Positions 21,220 to 32,238 are shown, counted from the whole stretch's first letter. The stretch is 45,502 nt of DNA, filler included, from Sporopachydermia quercuum (GCA_001599295.1; 7 parts of 6 records of this genome joined end to end with filler, not necessarily neighbours in it); one strand, 5' to 3'. The notes: generated from the letters alone by a model not told the origin. A program made the numbers and translations.

Positions 21220-22779
21220 TCAGACTTCTATTTCATAATCAGAATTTGATTTGAAAAATCTACTCTTGAAAATACAATCAATGCCTGTTTGTTTAACNAA
21301 CCANNTNTTCTGCAAAGTCCATTCTCTCTGAGGATTCTCTAACTCAATATCAAAATTCAACAATAAAGTAGGTATGAATTTTGAAATTTCCATCATAGAA
21401 ATATTCTTACCAATACAAGTTCTAGCTCCGGCACCAAATGCAAGAGAGTATTTATCCATAAATCTAATTTGGTCAGGCGAAGAGTCAATCCATCTTTCTG
21501 GGATAAACTCATCAACATCCTTGCCGTAAATGCTTTCTTTACGTTGTATGACCCAAGCATTCACTCCGATTGTTGTCTTGGCAGGGAAGCTCTTATCAGA
21601 AATAGTATCACCTCCTTCAGGAACATATCTTGGTAATGTCAATCCAACAGCAGGGAACAGTCTTAGCGATTCTTTAATAACAGCTTGTAAATATGGCAGC
21701 TCTAGAGATTGAGCAAATGAAATCGGGNGAGAAGCTCTACCTTCATCATAAGCAGTTTGAATCTCTTTTTTCAATTTATTCATACATCTTGGATTCTTGC
21801 ATAAGTAATAAATAATTGCTCTCAATGTGATACCAGTTGTATCGGAACCTGCGANAACATTGATTGNACTTGTTGTTGCTACTTCCGCCATANTAAAAGC
21901 CTTGGGATCTTTGTTATGCTTTTGAAGTAGTTGTGATAACATATAATCTTCTTCCTTCAACCTTTCTCTACTCTCTGGCGTACTATCTTCTTCAATGCAT
22001 TCCATTGTGAAAAGGAACACTGCATTGAAAGGATTTTGAATTTTCATGATCTTATGATATATTTGTTTTAAATGAAATAATTCGGGGAAAGTTGAAATAA
22101 AAACTCCTTGCTTTAAGAAGTCTTCAATGAGACCAAACATTCTCTCAGTCTTTGGAGGGTCATCGATGCAACCAAATCTTTTACCAAAAGTCAATTGATT
22201 AATAACATCGAAAGCATAAGCTTGAAACCAAAAACTAATGTCAACAGGTTTTCCTGCAATAGCCATATCATGAAATTCTTGCATATAAGCAGCAGAGCAA
22301 GCATCAACATATTTTTCAAATTGTAATAAATTTGACATCGAGAAATAATTTGCAACTTTACGCTTTGCTAGTGAATGGATCTTCTCGTTAGTTTGCGAGA
22401 ATAAATCTACTGGTTCTGTTGGTTTACCTAGATCTTTATAAAATGTTGTTTTCCTATATTTAGTTCCTGCAGAATATTCTTTAACCACAGCATCAATAGT
22501 ATTAGCAGAAACTTCATTTGGGCCAATTCTAACGAAATCACCATATTTTTTGTGTAGTTCAATAAGAGTGAATTGAAAATCTCCTTTAGCAATCATGTAA
22601 CCTTTCCATAATCTGGTGAATTTTGCTAAGAATGGACCAGGGATATGTCTTAAAGGTGAAAACAGTGTGTAATATGAGATATAGATTATTGAAACAATAA
22701 TCAGAACTAATGTGATTGACAGCTTAGCATTTTCGAAAAATGCGTTTCTGATGAGTTCGATGCTCAATTGATTTGCCAT
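21220..22779 (-). CDS. Cytochrome P450 (pisatin demethylase / benzoate 4-monooxygenase-like)
   Basis: N-terminal TM anchor, SPLRHIPGP, VRIGPNEVS, AGSDTT, KESLR, PERW, FGAGARTCIG heme motif. First ATG 22779; seven single-N sites. Confidence 0.95.
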   Translation of the reverse strand: MANQLSIELIRNAFFENAKLSITLVLIIVSIIYISYYTLFSPLRHIPGPFLAKFTRLWKGYMIAKGDFQFTLIELHKKYGDFVRIGPNEVSANTIDAVVKEYSAGTKYRKTTFYKDLGKPTEPVDLFSQTNEKIHSLAKRKVANYFSMSNLLQFEKYVDACSAAYMQEFHDMAIAGKPVDISFWFQAYAFDVINQLTFGKRFGCIDDPPKTERMFGLIEDFLKQGVFISTFPELFHLKQIYHKIMKIQNPFNAVFLFTMECIEEDSTPESRERLKEEDYMLSQLLQKHNKDPKAFXMAEVATTSXINVXAGSDTTGITLRAIIYYLCKNPRCMNKLKKEIQTAYDEGRASXPISFAQSLELPYLQAVIKESLRLFPAVGLTLPRYVPEGGDTISDKSFPAKTTIGVNAWVIQRKESIYGKDVDEFIPERWIDSSPDQIRFMDKYSLAFGAGARTCIGKNISMMEISKFIPTLLLNFDIELENPQREWTLQXXWXVKQTGIDCIFKSRFFKSNSDYEIEV

Positions 22780-23005
22780 TTTTGAGAGGTTGTTACTCTT
22801 GGTAAATAGTAATAAGTAGCTGAACTCTAACAATTGTTATGGATTACTTCTATTTGTTTCCTATTGTTTATCTACCCCAGNTGAAAGCAAGTAAGGTACT
22901 TGTCGTAGTAGTTTTCTACAACATTTAACATGAGAATAGATAGCTGATGATGATACCTATATACAGGTTTTTATATAAACCCATCTAGTATCAAGTATCA
23001 ATCTG

Positions 23006-23379
23006 TATTCCTTCATCCATTGAGTCAGATCGCTCTAGCTAGCTTGAATTGCTAACAAAATAACAGATTCAACAGGTGGATCAAAAGTTAAACTCCAATA
23101 TGATAGTTGAGTATCCTCCTTGTATTTCTTTTTTCATATTAAACTTGTTCCGATGTGAACTTGGTACTGTCATTGTTATAAGAAAATTTCATTCTATATT
23201 CCTTCATCCATTGAGTCAGATCGCTCTAGCTAGCTTGAATTGCTAACAAAATAACAGATTCAACAGGTGGATCAAAAGTTAAACTCCAATGTGATAGTTG
23301 AGTATCCTCCTTGTATTTCTTTTTTCAAATTAAACTTGTTCCGATGTGAGCTTGGTATTGTCATTGTTATAAGAAAATT
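23006..23379. repeat. Tandem duplication (period 191 bp) in the P450 upstream region
   Basis: 23006-23188 vs 23197-23379, four substitutions seen; each copy contains TGAGTCA. Confidence 0.92.
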
Positions 23380-24307
23380 CTCTCCGCATCATAGAAAATC
23401 AAGGGTTTCAAAGAATTGAATTTAATGAAATTAGAATACGTCGGGAATTGTTCAAAGTGCTTATAGAGATAGGGTTGAAAATAAATACGCAGAAGGATTA
23501 TAGCAAACTGATGGACCATAAAAAAGTCAATTGCTAATTATGAGCTAAACTTAATACTAGAGTTAACGTAATAACTGTATGAGAAGCTAGCTCGGATGGG
23601 GTCCGGATGGGGTCCAAACCTTCCTATAATAGTAGTTCTCACCAAATAAACTTCATGTGTCGAACAAGTATTTCTGAAAAGCTTACAAGCTAATGTCCTA
23701 AATAATCTAGCTCGTAAAGCCTATTCTATAGAACCTAACTTGCTTTGCTGATTGCATTTCTTTTTCCCTGTGAATCTAATCAGAAAGGTTCAAACCTTAA
23801 TCAGGACGGTCGGTTATTAAACGCAATACTATTATGTTTAATATTAGCGGCAAGTTGGTATACTGGTAGGTAACCATCAACTCAACCCATAGAGCCATCA
23901 AACTTAATACCATATAAGTAGTGAGAATTATAGTCATTATTTTGTTTGAAAACAGTCAGGCAACAAATAGAATTCCCACTTCTCGGATACGATAGCCGAT
24001 TGAAATTCAAATTGACATTGAAACAAATTAGCTTCTGCTATCATTACTTTTGAATAATCGTTGGTTGGTTCTTTGGTGTACCAATGATTGATATTCATGG
24101 GTTAGCTTGAAGCATTCTTCCGGTAACACGGAAACTCCAATACCTAATTATCCTTTTCATAACAAATTCTCAAATTATCAGTGATATACAGGATTTACTT
24201 CATTGGCTCATTCATCCAGTTCTAAATTTGAATGCTGGACTGTAAATCAGAACATTAGGTAGAATATTGGGGATGCTGCAAGATTTAGAATCTATTCTTA
24301 TTATCTA

Positions 24308-24850
24308 CTATTTTCCTGTAATTTTGTACACTATTATTGAACGGTATGTTCCCCCTTCTTTATAATAACCCAATCTCTCCATTTTTCATTACTGATCGCA
24401 TAAATGACTCTACCAGGTTGTAAACAGAACCCTGACCAAGATTCGAAATCATTCACATCAGTAAAATCTCCTGTATAAAACTGAAAAGCTGGTTCAGTGC
24501 TTAAACATCCTAATCCAATACCACTTTCTTGACATTGAGTGACTTCAATTATTTTCAATGCATTATTTCTAGTATCAATACATGGTTGGATACTATTATT
24601 ATTAGTTGTCCGGAAACAGCAGTTCAATATTGGCTCTTCATTATTTGATTGCAGATATTTTTCATTACATATCACTGGCATATTTTCCCCAATTCCAATT
24701 TTACCAGTTGGTATTGAGTTATCGTTCAACAAGAAGAATTCATTGTTTCCAATGATTACTCTGCTCCTTTAGTAGTTGTGTTATCATTAACGTTGAAATA
24801 GGGATTATCAGTTAAATTAAAAATTCTATAATTCTCTAAGCACTCTTCAG
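24308..24850 (-). pseudogene. Aldose 1-epimerase (galactose mutarotase, Gal10 C-terminal-domain-like) relic, 3' half
   Basis: FNLTDNPYFNV (cf. NLTNHSYFNL), IPTG, STEPAFQFYTGDF, GFCLQPGR…W…KKGE, then after a frameshift TYRSIIVYKI. Has stops/frameshifts; catalytic His and Glu appear lost. Confidence 0.85.
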
Positions 24851-24913
24851 GTAAAATTTGGAACACTCGTATTCGACTCAATACTATAGCTACTTCCATT
24901 TCCTTCATTTTCG

Positions 24914-25141
24914 AGCTACCGTGGTACTTTGATTTTCGCAACAGGTGATAGTGGTCATGGTTATAAGTACACATCAATTATTGGTAAATACATTTCCAAG
25001 CTTAATATTGGGGATAAAGGAGGACTTTCAGGGGAGATACAAAGAAACTGGAGGTGGAGACCAGAACAAGAAAGAACAAGTATCAGATTTGGTAATGATT
25101 CATTTAAAAAAGAGTTGAATGAGATGAAAAAGCTGAACTGA
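24914..25141 (+). pseudogene. Sarcosine/pipecolate/fructosyl-amino-acid oxidase family relic, C-terminal fragment
   Basis: LIFATGDSGHGYKYTSIIGKYI…WRWRPE; no ATG and an in-frame TAG at 24887. Confidence 0.85.
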
Positions 25142-25370
25142 AATTATATCAATAATATTTTGAACAGCTAACCAAATAGATATAATATCTCTCTAATATT
25201 CTCCAATGATCTTTTACATTAGTAACAGGGACCACATACTATTACTAGCTAAATCACACGATTGACAAATTAACTGACCTTAATCCTGATGCCATATTTA
25301 TTAAACATATCCTAGAAGTAAAAAGAAAAATGAATTAATAAAATTTTAAAGTGCAGTAGTAGAAACTTCT

Positions 25371-27410
25371 CTATGCCAATGATATCCTATAATTAACATC
25401 TGCAATATAAAGATTCCAATCATTGATCTCACTACAACCACCAAAGAAATCCTGTTTATTTTGTTGTTCGTTAGCTGCTGCCAAATCTCTCTTTGTCCAT
25501 ATTGAAACAATAATGCTTCTAACACTACTTAAATTACCAAGAGTATGTAGTTCTAGATGATGAAGTAAATCAAGACATAACGTCCTCAAATCTTCACAGT
25601 CATCAGAGAATGAAGATATTTCTGAAGCACATATAAATATTGGCCATAAAAAGAATGAACCCCATAGTCGTCTTCGATCAATAACAACAAAGTTAATGTA
25701 AGAGAGAATCTTTTTAACTAGAGTTTCAATCTCCTTATCTTCTGGAGCTTTATCGCATATTGCACAGTAATAGAATACTAGAGTTGCTAGTCTTTTTACT
25801 TCAAATGAGATCAAAAAGCATAACTGATCAGCATTAATATTGGAACCATCAAATACTGTGGAACATTCAGATCCAAATAATGTATTGACAGGAGATGCTG
25901 AAAATAAACTAGTGGAAACAGTCGCTGGTATAAAAGCATCAAAAGAGGTTTCAATTGCTGGTGATGTTAATTCCAATAGTTGTTCCTCTGGATGTAAAAT
26001 GAATGGATCATAAGGAGATGCCATGAAAGAAGTTTCGGTATAACACTGTTCTATTATACTGAAACTTGTTAAATCAGACACAGGTGTCAGTACAGCTTTA
26101 TCTATCTCAGAACTTATAGCAGTGTTCCCTCTATCAATAATATTGTCAATATCGACTTCCACTTCAAATTTCTTTAGCATAGATTCTAATGTTGAACACA
26201 TTTGCGTGTACATCTCGGGACGCTTTTCCCATCTACCAGACTTTTCAAACGACAAGTCAGTGATATCAGAAATTATATCAACTAAAGAAGTTGAGCAACC
26301 CATCCATGGAACTAGCATGGTATTTTGTTTGAATCCTAGGTTATCAGCAATATCAACTAATACGCTNACATCTTGACATGCTGTTCTACCCATCGATTCT
26401 TGATAAACTAGGAACTCGACAATGAATTTGAAAATAGGATTACTGTTGTATAAATCAAATGCTGCTGATCCTGATTGATTCAAGTATCCATTCTTTAGTA
26501 ATTCACACGTAAATTTTAAACTCTTCGTCCAGTTCAAATCACAGTTGTTTCCAATCTCAAAGATTATTATAAGAGTTAGACATAATAATATATCTAACGT
26601 TAATTCGCCACCAGCTTTCAATTTTTCAGTAACATAGTTTTCCGAGTACCTTTTAAACCGAAGAGACCAAGCTTTCCATTTGGATACTTGCTCCATATCA
26701 TTATTCAATTCGTGTACTCTAGCCTGATATAACGATCCTAGTGCAAGCATTAGATAGTAAATATGAGAACAAGAATAACTGTATTGGAAGATATCGTTGA
26801 AGTGAATAGATCGATCAACAGAAATATCACCTAGATCTGAAGCAGGTGTAATGAAATTGGTCAAATATTTCACTGAGCAATCCGAAGAATTCCGAATCAC
26901 TTGCTCAAAATCACTATCAGATATTTTCAATCCCAAAGTTACAGCATCGCGCGAATTTAAAACATCCATGGGGATGAAACTATACCTTGGAGATTTAATA
27001 GTCAATCTTGCATCTATTTCATTATTGATCAAGATGAAATGAAGTTGAGTACTGTTCATGGGAACAAAATGAGCTTTTCGTAATTTTTGTTCCAAAGAGA
27101 GTGAATCGTGATTGTCGTCCTCATTTTCTTCAAAATCAGAATCACTTTTCGATTTCTTTCTGTTATTTTTCTTTTCTTTTTGCGGTTTTTTCCATATTCC
27201 TTCTCGACCGAATGCTGACCCTTTGTTTTCTAGGTCTTCTCTAAATTGTAGTATTAATCTGTATGCACATTTCACTCCTTTCTGCTGACAACGTGTACAT
27301 CTCGGCTTCTGCTCATCACATTTTATTCTTGCCTTCTTACAAGCATCGCAACCGTTTCTTGATCGAGTTGTCTTCTTCACGGGATTTGTAGTCATAGTTG
27401 AGGGTGTCAT
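25371..27410 (-). CDS. Zn2Cys6 transcription factor with fungal-specific C-terminal domain
   Basis: TRSRNGCDACKKARIKCDEQKPRCTRCQQKGVKC; PWMGCS and LWPIFICASE motifs; 679 aa. Confidence 0.93.
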   Translation of the reverse strand: MTPSTMTTNPVKKTTRSRNGCDACKKARIKCDEQKPRCTRCQQKGVKCAYRLILQFREDLENKGSAFGREGIWKKPQKEKKNNRKKSKSDSDFEENEDDNHDSLSLEQKLRKAHFVPMNSTQLHFILINNEIDARLTIKSPRYSFIPMDVLNSRDAVTLGLKISDSDFEQVIRNSSDCSVKYLTNFITPASDLGDISVDRSIHFNDIFQYSYSCSHIYYLMLALGSLYQARVHELNNDMEQVSKWKAWSLRFKRYSENYVTEKLKAGGELTLDILLCLTLIIIFEIGNNCDLNWTKSLKFTCELLKNGYLNQSGSAAFDLYNSNPIFKFIVEFLVYQESMGRTACQDXSVLVDIADNLGFKQNTMLVPWMGCSTSLVDIISDITDLSFEKSGRWEKRPEMYTQMCSTLESMLKKFEVEVDIDNIIDRGNTAISSEIDKAVLTPVSDLTSFSIIEQCYTETSFMASPYDPFILHPEEQLLELTSPAIETSFDAFIPATVSTSLFSASPVNTLFGSECSTVFDGSNINADQLCFLISFEVKRLATLVFYYCAICDKAPEDKEIETLVKKILSYINFVVIDRRRLWGSFFLWPIFICASEISSFSDDCEDLRTLCLDLLHHLELHTLGNLSSVRSIIVSIWTKRDLAAANEQQNKQDFFGGCSEINDWNLYIADVNYRISLA

Positions 27411-29475
27411 AATTTGCTATCAATCTGATTCTTGATGCTGTTGAAGACGTTCAGTACAGCCTCGTTCAATAATAAAATCTGTTCGGAACAAAACTATTTG
27501 CGACTTTTCATATTCTTCAAATTTTGATCTTTTGGTTAGAACTGGTAAAGTACCCCAGATATACTGGATCAAGAACAACAAAAACCAACAGGTCGGTGCA
27601 ATCTGATAGGAGCTGAAAAAGCAATGAATTGTTGGAAACAGAATCAAGAGTACTATATTGGCCAAAAAAAAAAACCAGAAAAATCATTCAATAGGAGAGA
27701 GTATAGCCAGACAAGTATCAAACTTAATTACATTATTCTCAATAACACTCCTTTTCCTTATAACCAATAGCTTGCGAAGCTGAGCTTTTGATAGGCAAGA
27801 GAAAGCATTTGTTGGAAATGAGCGAATGTTACTCCTATGGTACTTCAATACATTTAAAGTTCAGAAGTCTAAAACTTAAATGAAACATATACATGATAAT
27901 GCCGGGTAGAAAAGAATGATCCAACAATAAAGGAGAAAGAAACAGAAGAGCAAACCAAATTGAATTGGGAGTTTCTATAGCTTGTGAGAAGCAATATTTG
28001 CTGAATATAAAACAACTCTTTGTTAAGGGAACAAAACTGATGATTCATTGGTTCTATCAAAATTGCATCTACATACAAAACATGAAACTATTACCGCTGG
28101 TTTTTACTAGAGTTAGGACGAATTGGTAACGCTCCNAAAGGACCCGGGCCAATACTTCAACTGAAGTAAACTTTTGCTTACTTATACTACTTACACTGCG
28201 ACAGAATTAGCCTTTATTTATGTAATTTACCTCTTACTGTGAGTCACTTCTAATGATACTTATACTTAGACTTTCCTGTCCATCCTATCCGTTTCACTTT
28301 GACTTACAATCCACTTATCGTATCTTCTCCGGAATAATTAATTAAAGTTCGGTACTGTACCGAAGCCTATCCAAATAAGGTCTCTATAAAGATTAATAAG
28401 TAGCTAATAATTCTAGATTCTTTCAAGCTAACTCCACCTTATGCTTCCGATAAGGTTGAATCAGATCTAAATCTGGAAAAATTCGAGTGGTAAATGAAGC
28501 GAACCCTTATCATTATTCATTAAAAAGGAAAGAAATGGAGATGGCAATGGAGATGGAAATGAGTATTTGGTTTGAAGAAGGTACACGAAATTGGCATTTT
28601 TCTACATACTGTCGAAGGAGATCTATTTTGGTGCAGACAATTCATCAAAGGCGGAATGGGCTATATAAGAGGATCAATATAAATAGATTGATTGCGCCAT
28701 TTGGCAAACTAAGCAATTCGTTCAGGTGTTAGGAATTCTTATCGGTGGATATGTCATTTCTCGAATTATACCTTAGAATANAAGCTTATATTAATTGAAA
28801 TCAATCATTTATTGAGGGATCGAAAATTGAGCAAAATTAATAATGTGCAAGAAAAATGTAGTCCTAATAATAAGTACTACTGCATTATCCATTAGCAATA
28901 TAATGCTCTTGACAATTATCAATAAATCGAAAGATCTTTACCAGAGAATCATTGTTGAACATGGTTCTCAGGGCCGTTTGCCAAACCTATCTCTAAAGAT
29001 TAATTGTCTAATCACTTCAAAGAGAAATTGCTCAGCCTTGCCCAAAGTTAGTCAAACTTAAAGATAAGAGAGAGATCAGGCATTATTCAAATGTTATTCA
29101 AATATTATTGGTAAATGTGTGCCGTGTTTTGATAGCCAGACTCATTACCGGTATTTATTATATTTTTGAATCGTTTCTCTTGAGAAATTAAAACGCTAGA
29201 AATAAGATTGTTATGTCTGATGAGCATCAATGTTAATGCTCAAAACGAACTTACCGTCCTCTCCCATCTTCCTATTCGATGAGATAGGATAGATAGTTAT
29301 TATACAGTGCTTAGACTCATTATTGCAATTATGCACTAAGATCTACTAAACCATTTCAGACAGTTTCTAATATAGAAAAATTTCGTACGTTGTAATGTTA
29401 CATAATTCTGTCATAAACAAAAGAAAAACAAAAACTATACACAAAATGAGACGTTAATTGACTCGTTGATTCACT

Positions 29476-29541
29476 TCAGACTTCTATTTCATAATCAGAA
29501 TTTGATTTGAAAAATCTACTCTTGAAAATACAATCAATGCC
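29476..29541 (-). CDS. Second cytochrome P450 copy, 3' end only (cut by contig end)
   Basis: Encodes GIDCIFKSRFFKSNSDYEIEV*. Its downstream flank (29339-29420) is a diverged copy of 20876-20955. Confidence 0.8.
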   Translation of the reverse strand, partial: GIDCIFKSRFFKSNSDYEIEV

Positions 29542-29641
29542 NNNNNNNNNNNNNNNNNNNNNNNNNNNNNNNNNNNNNNNNNNNNTTAATTAATTAANNN
29601 NNNNNNNNNNNNNNNNNNNNNNNNNNNNNNNNNNNNNNNNN

Positions 29642-30390
29642 TACTGAACTAACAGTATCAAATAGACCCATGAAGAATATATTGGTATAAGGATATGAAA
29701 ACATATCCTGGAACTAGAAAGGGAGATGTGTTAGTAGTCTGATAAAATACACTACGGTGAGTCTGTCCATCAAAGGCAGAATATCGTGTCAGTCATTTTT
29801 ATTCTTCTTCTTAGTTCGATACCTAACTTAACTAATCTTTATCAGAAACATGCCTTATTTTGGACGATGCGTATTCCATTGATGACTTTTTCTTTTCCTT
29901 GTTTTCGTTTCCATGAAGCATACAAATTCCATGCTGTGGCAATCAATTCAGTTAGTCCATTACGTAGAATCCCACACACTTCAATGAGTCCTGCTAACAC
30001 TCTAGCTGTATATGATCCTCTACTAAATCCAAAAATATATATTTTATCACCAGGGTTATAATTTGATACCAAATAACTATAAGCTTTCAATACGTGAACC
30101 TTGAAAGAAGTAGCAAATGCTTCGTCTGCGAGTCGACTTGGCCATTGCAAGCCAGTTTGATGTTGAAATTTCAAGTCATTGCCAATTCCTGGCTGATAAT
30201 AGCAAATTTGTTGGTCAGCATTTTCTTTAAAAAGTTGTTCAAATATGATGAGAATATTTGTTGGTTTGGTGGTATCATAATTATTTGCTGTACCATCTAG
30301 ACAAAGGACAATTGATTTCCCAGGGTACTTGTTATCAGTTGGTGTTTCAGGAGTAGGATCAGCAGAGGCTTCTTTGGTTTTGTCTGACAT
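29642..30390 (-). CDS. DUF2235 / Tle1-like alpha/beta hydrolase (YEL023C-like), 3'-partial; complement(join(29642..29713,29854..30390))
   Basis: IVLCLDGT, PTNI, YYQPGIG, YNPGDKIYIFGFSRGSYTARVLAG; exon 2 FQDMFSYPYTNIFFMGLFDTVSSV supplies the GLFDTV motif. Confidence 0.9.
29714..29853 (-). other. GC-AG spliceosomal intron, 140 nt
   Basis: AAG|GCATGT donor, perfect TACTAAC branch at 29736-29730, pyrimidine tract and CTAG acceptor; phase 0 and restores the frame. Confidence 0.85.
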
Positions 30391-32031
30391 TATGAAGAAA
30401 GTGTTGAAAGCTGAGAACCTATATAAGAGTATCCTTCGGGCTTAAAAATGTCAGAGTAGAGAAGATGGTAAGCTAAATGATGGTCTTTTATATACGATGC
30501 AACTTGATGTCCTGTTTCCTCCCGTTTGACTTTACAAGTAAGTTGAACTAATGAAAACGAAAACCATCTAAGCAAGCGAAGGCAGAATTCCCTTGTAATA
30601 TATACCTATTGTTAGACAAGGTAAACAGCAATATAGGCCATTTACTATTGCACATCACAATGTAGCATAGCATTCGCAACACAATTTTAGTACATTTTTG
30701 AGTTTATATTTGATATTTAACTTAGTTTAAAGGTTTAGCTGTTATGATGCCTATATTCAAGATATGCTTTATATTATATTGTTTTAGTATTGTTGATACT
30801 CCTTTAAGTTCTAATTTCTTAGGGGAATTCTTAAGTATTAATGGAGTTACCAAAGAAGTTTAAGATCTTGCCAAGAGAAGGTTGGAAGACGCAAACATGG
30901 GCAGTCTGCCACTTATCTGATTGGATCGTTGATTATCGAGTTACGTGAGGTCAATCGTATTTAAATACGATTAAGAATAGGTGCCCGAAGTATGGATAGT
31001 TATAAAACTGAGGATGGGATCCAGAAAAAGGGAATTATCTAGTANTTAGAATCAATTGCCCTGCTTAAGGAAGTTTGATCAGATACTTATTCCTATATAA
31101 ACACTTTAATGTTATAGTTCAAAGCTTCTACCATATATACAATTAATAGTGTCACTCCAATCTGAAGTATAATATGAAAGAATTAGCTGTCACTAAAAGT
31201 TTAGTGTTACTCCATAATGCTTTTTCAGTAGAAGTTGATTTGCCAGAAAGACCAGTTGTAGGCCGATAATTGAACAAGTAAAGTTTGGAGGTAGACAAAT
31301 ATTAGAAGTGGTTTAGTAGTGTGAAATAGTGGCTAATAAGGAGTTTAGTAAACGATTGATGTTAGTTTCATTCTTGTCTGCAAGGAGTTATTTGGGCTAC
31401 TGAGCTACAGAGCTAATGAAAGAGTTGCTCATTGAGTTTAATTGTCTTAGATATAAGATTAATATTGTGAGATATAAAACAAGAGATGTGATGCAACCCT
31501 AATTATTTGTACTCCCACTTCAATGTCATTGACTTCTATCAGGCATTGATTGCATAAGCTCTGCAGATATCTATTCAGTCACAATTATACAATATTCAAC
31601 TGTAGAGGACAGAAATTGACTCAAAGTATTTCAAAATTTTTATGGATATAATACAAATATTTGAAGAGAGCATACTCTCAACTTTTTCTACTATTACAAA
31701 GTGAGAGAACCATTATAAACGCTATAATTAAAGTTGAACGTTAATTTGCTGTGGAGTTGGAGTTTATTCTTGGTTACTTGATAAAACGTCAAATCCTTTT
31801 CACTCACTACTGAAAAGTCTAACCATGAGCATGAACTTTAACTTCCACGTCTCATCAAGTCTCATCTGGTGGAGAACGTTAGTCAAGCCTTCAGTGTTTT
31901 GATTAACAAATAGCCGATTGATTCATCTCTGTCTTTCCTTGAAAACACAGTAGTAGCTTCAATAATCAAGAAATATACGGATGGCCCAAATCAGAACTGC
32001 TTTAGAAATTGTGAATAGTTCTTTTTGATTG

Positions 32032-32238
32032 TTAATTTGTGCCTTTCTCCTTCCGATTGCTTGTATGCCTCGAAACCATCACCTCATAGCATGACTCAAT
32101 TTCTCTCTTAGATCCAATGAAATTTTCCTCTTCATATGCGTTCAATATATTATCAGGAGCCAAATCTTTATTTGCATATCGCAGTTTCACTGATGTATGC
32201 AATTTTGCAAATGACGGAAGTTGTCTTTTCCTTCCTAA
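32032..32238 (-). CDS. Probable C-terminal end of an upstream DUF2235-family paralog (5'-partial)
   Basis: Open from the contig edge: LGRKRQLPSFAKLHTSVKLRYANKDLAPDNI…*, resembling the LGRxRxxP…HxSVxxR…PxN tail I recall from fungal DUF2235 proteins. Not in the ORF track. Confidence 0.6.
   Translation of the reverse strand, partial: LGRKRQLPSFAKLHTSVKLRYANKDLAPDNILNAYEEENFIGSKREIESCYEVMVSRHTSNRKEKGTN

Noticed and set aside
29842..30390. DUF2235 gene as a truncated pseudogene or bacterial T6SS contaminant
   Set aside because: A spliceosomal intron restores the frame and shows it is a eukaryotic gene.
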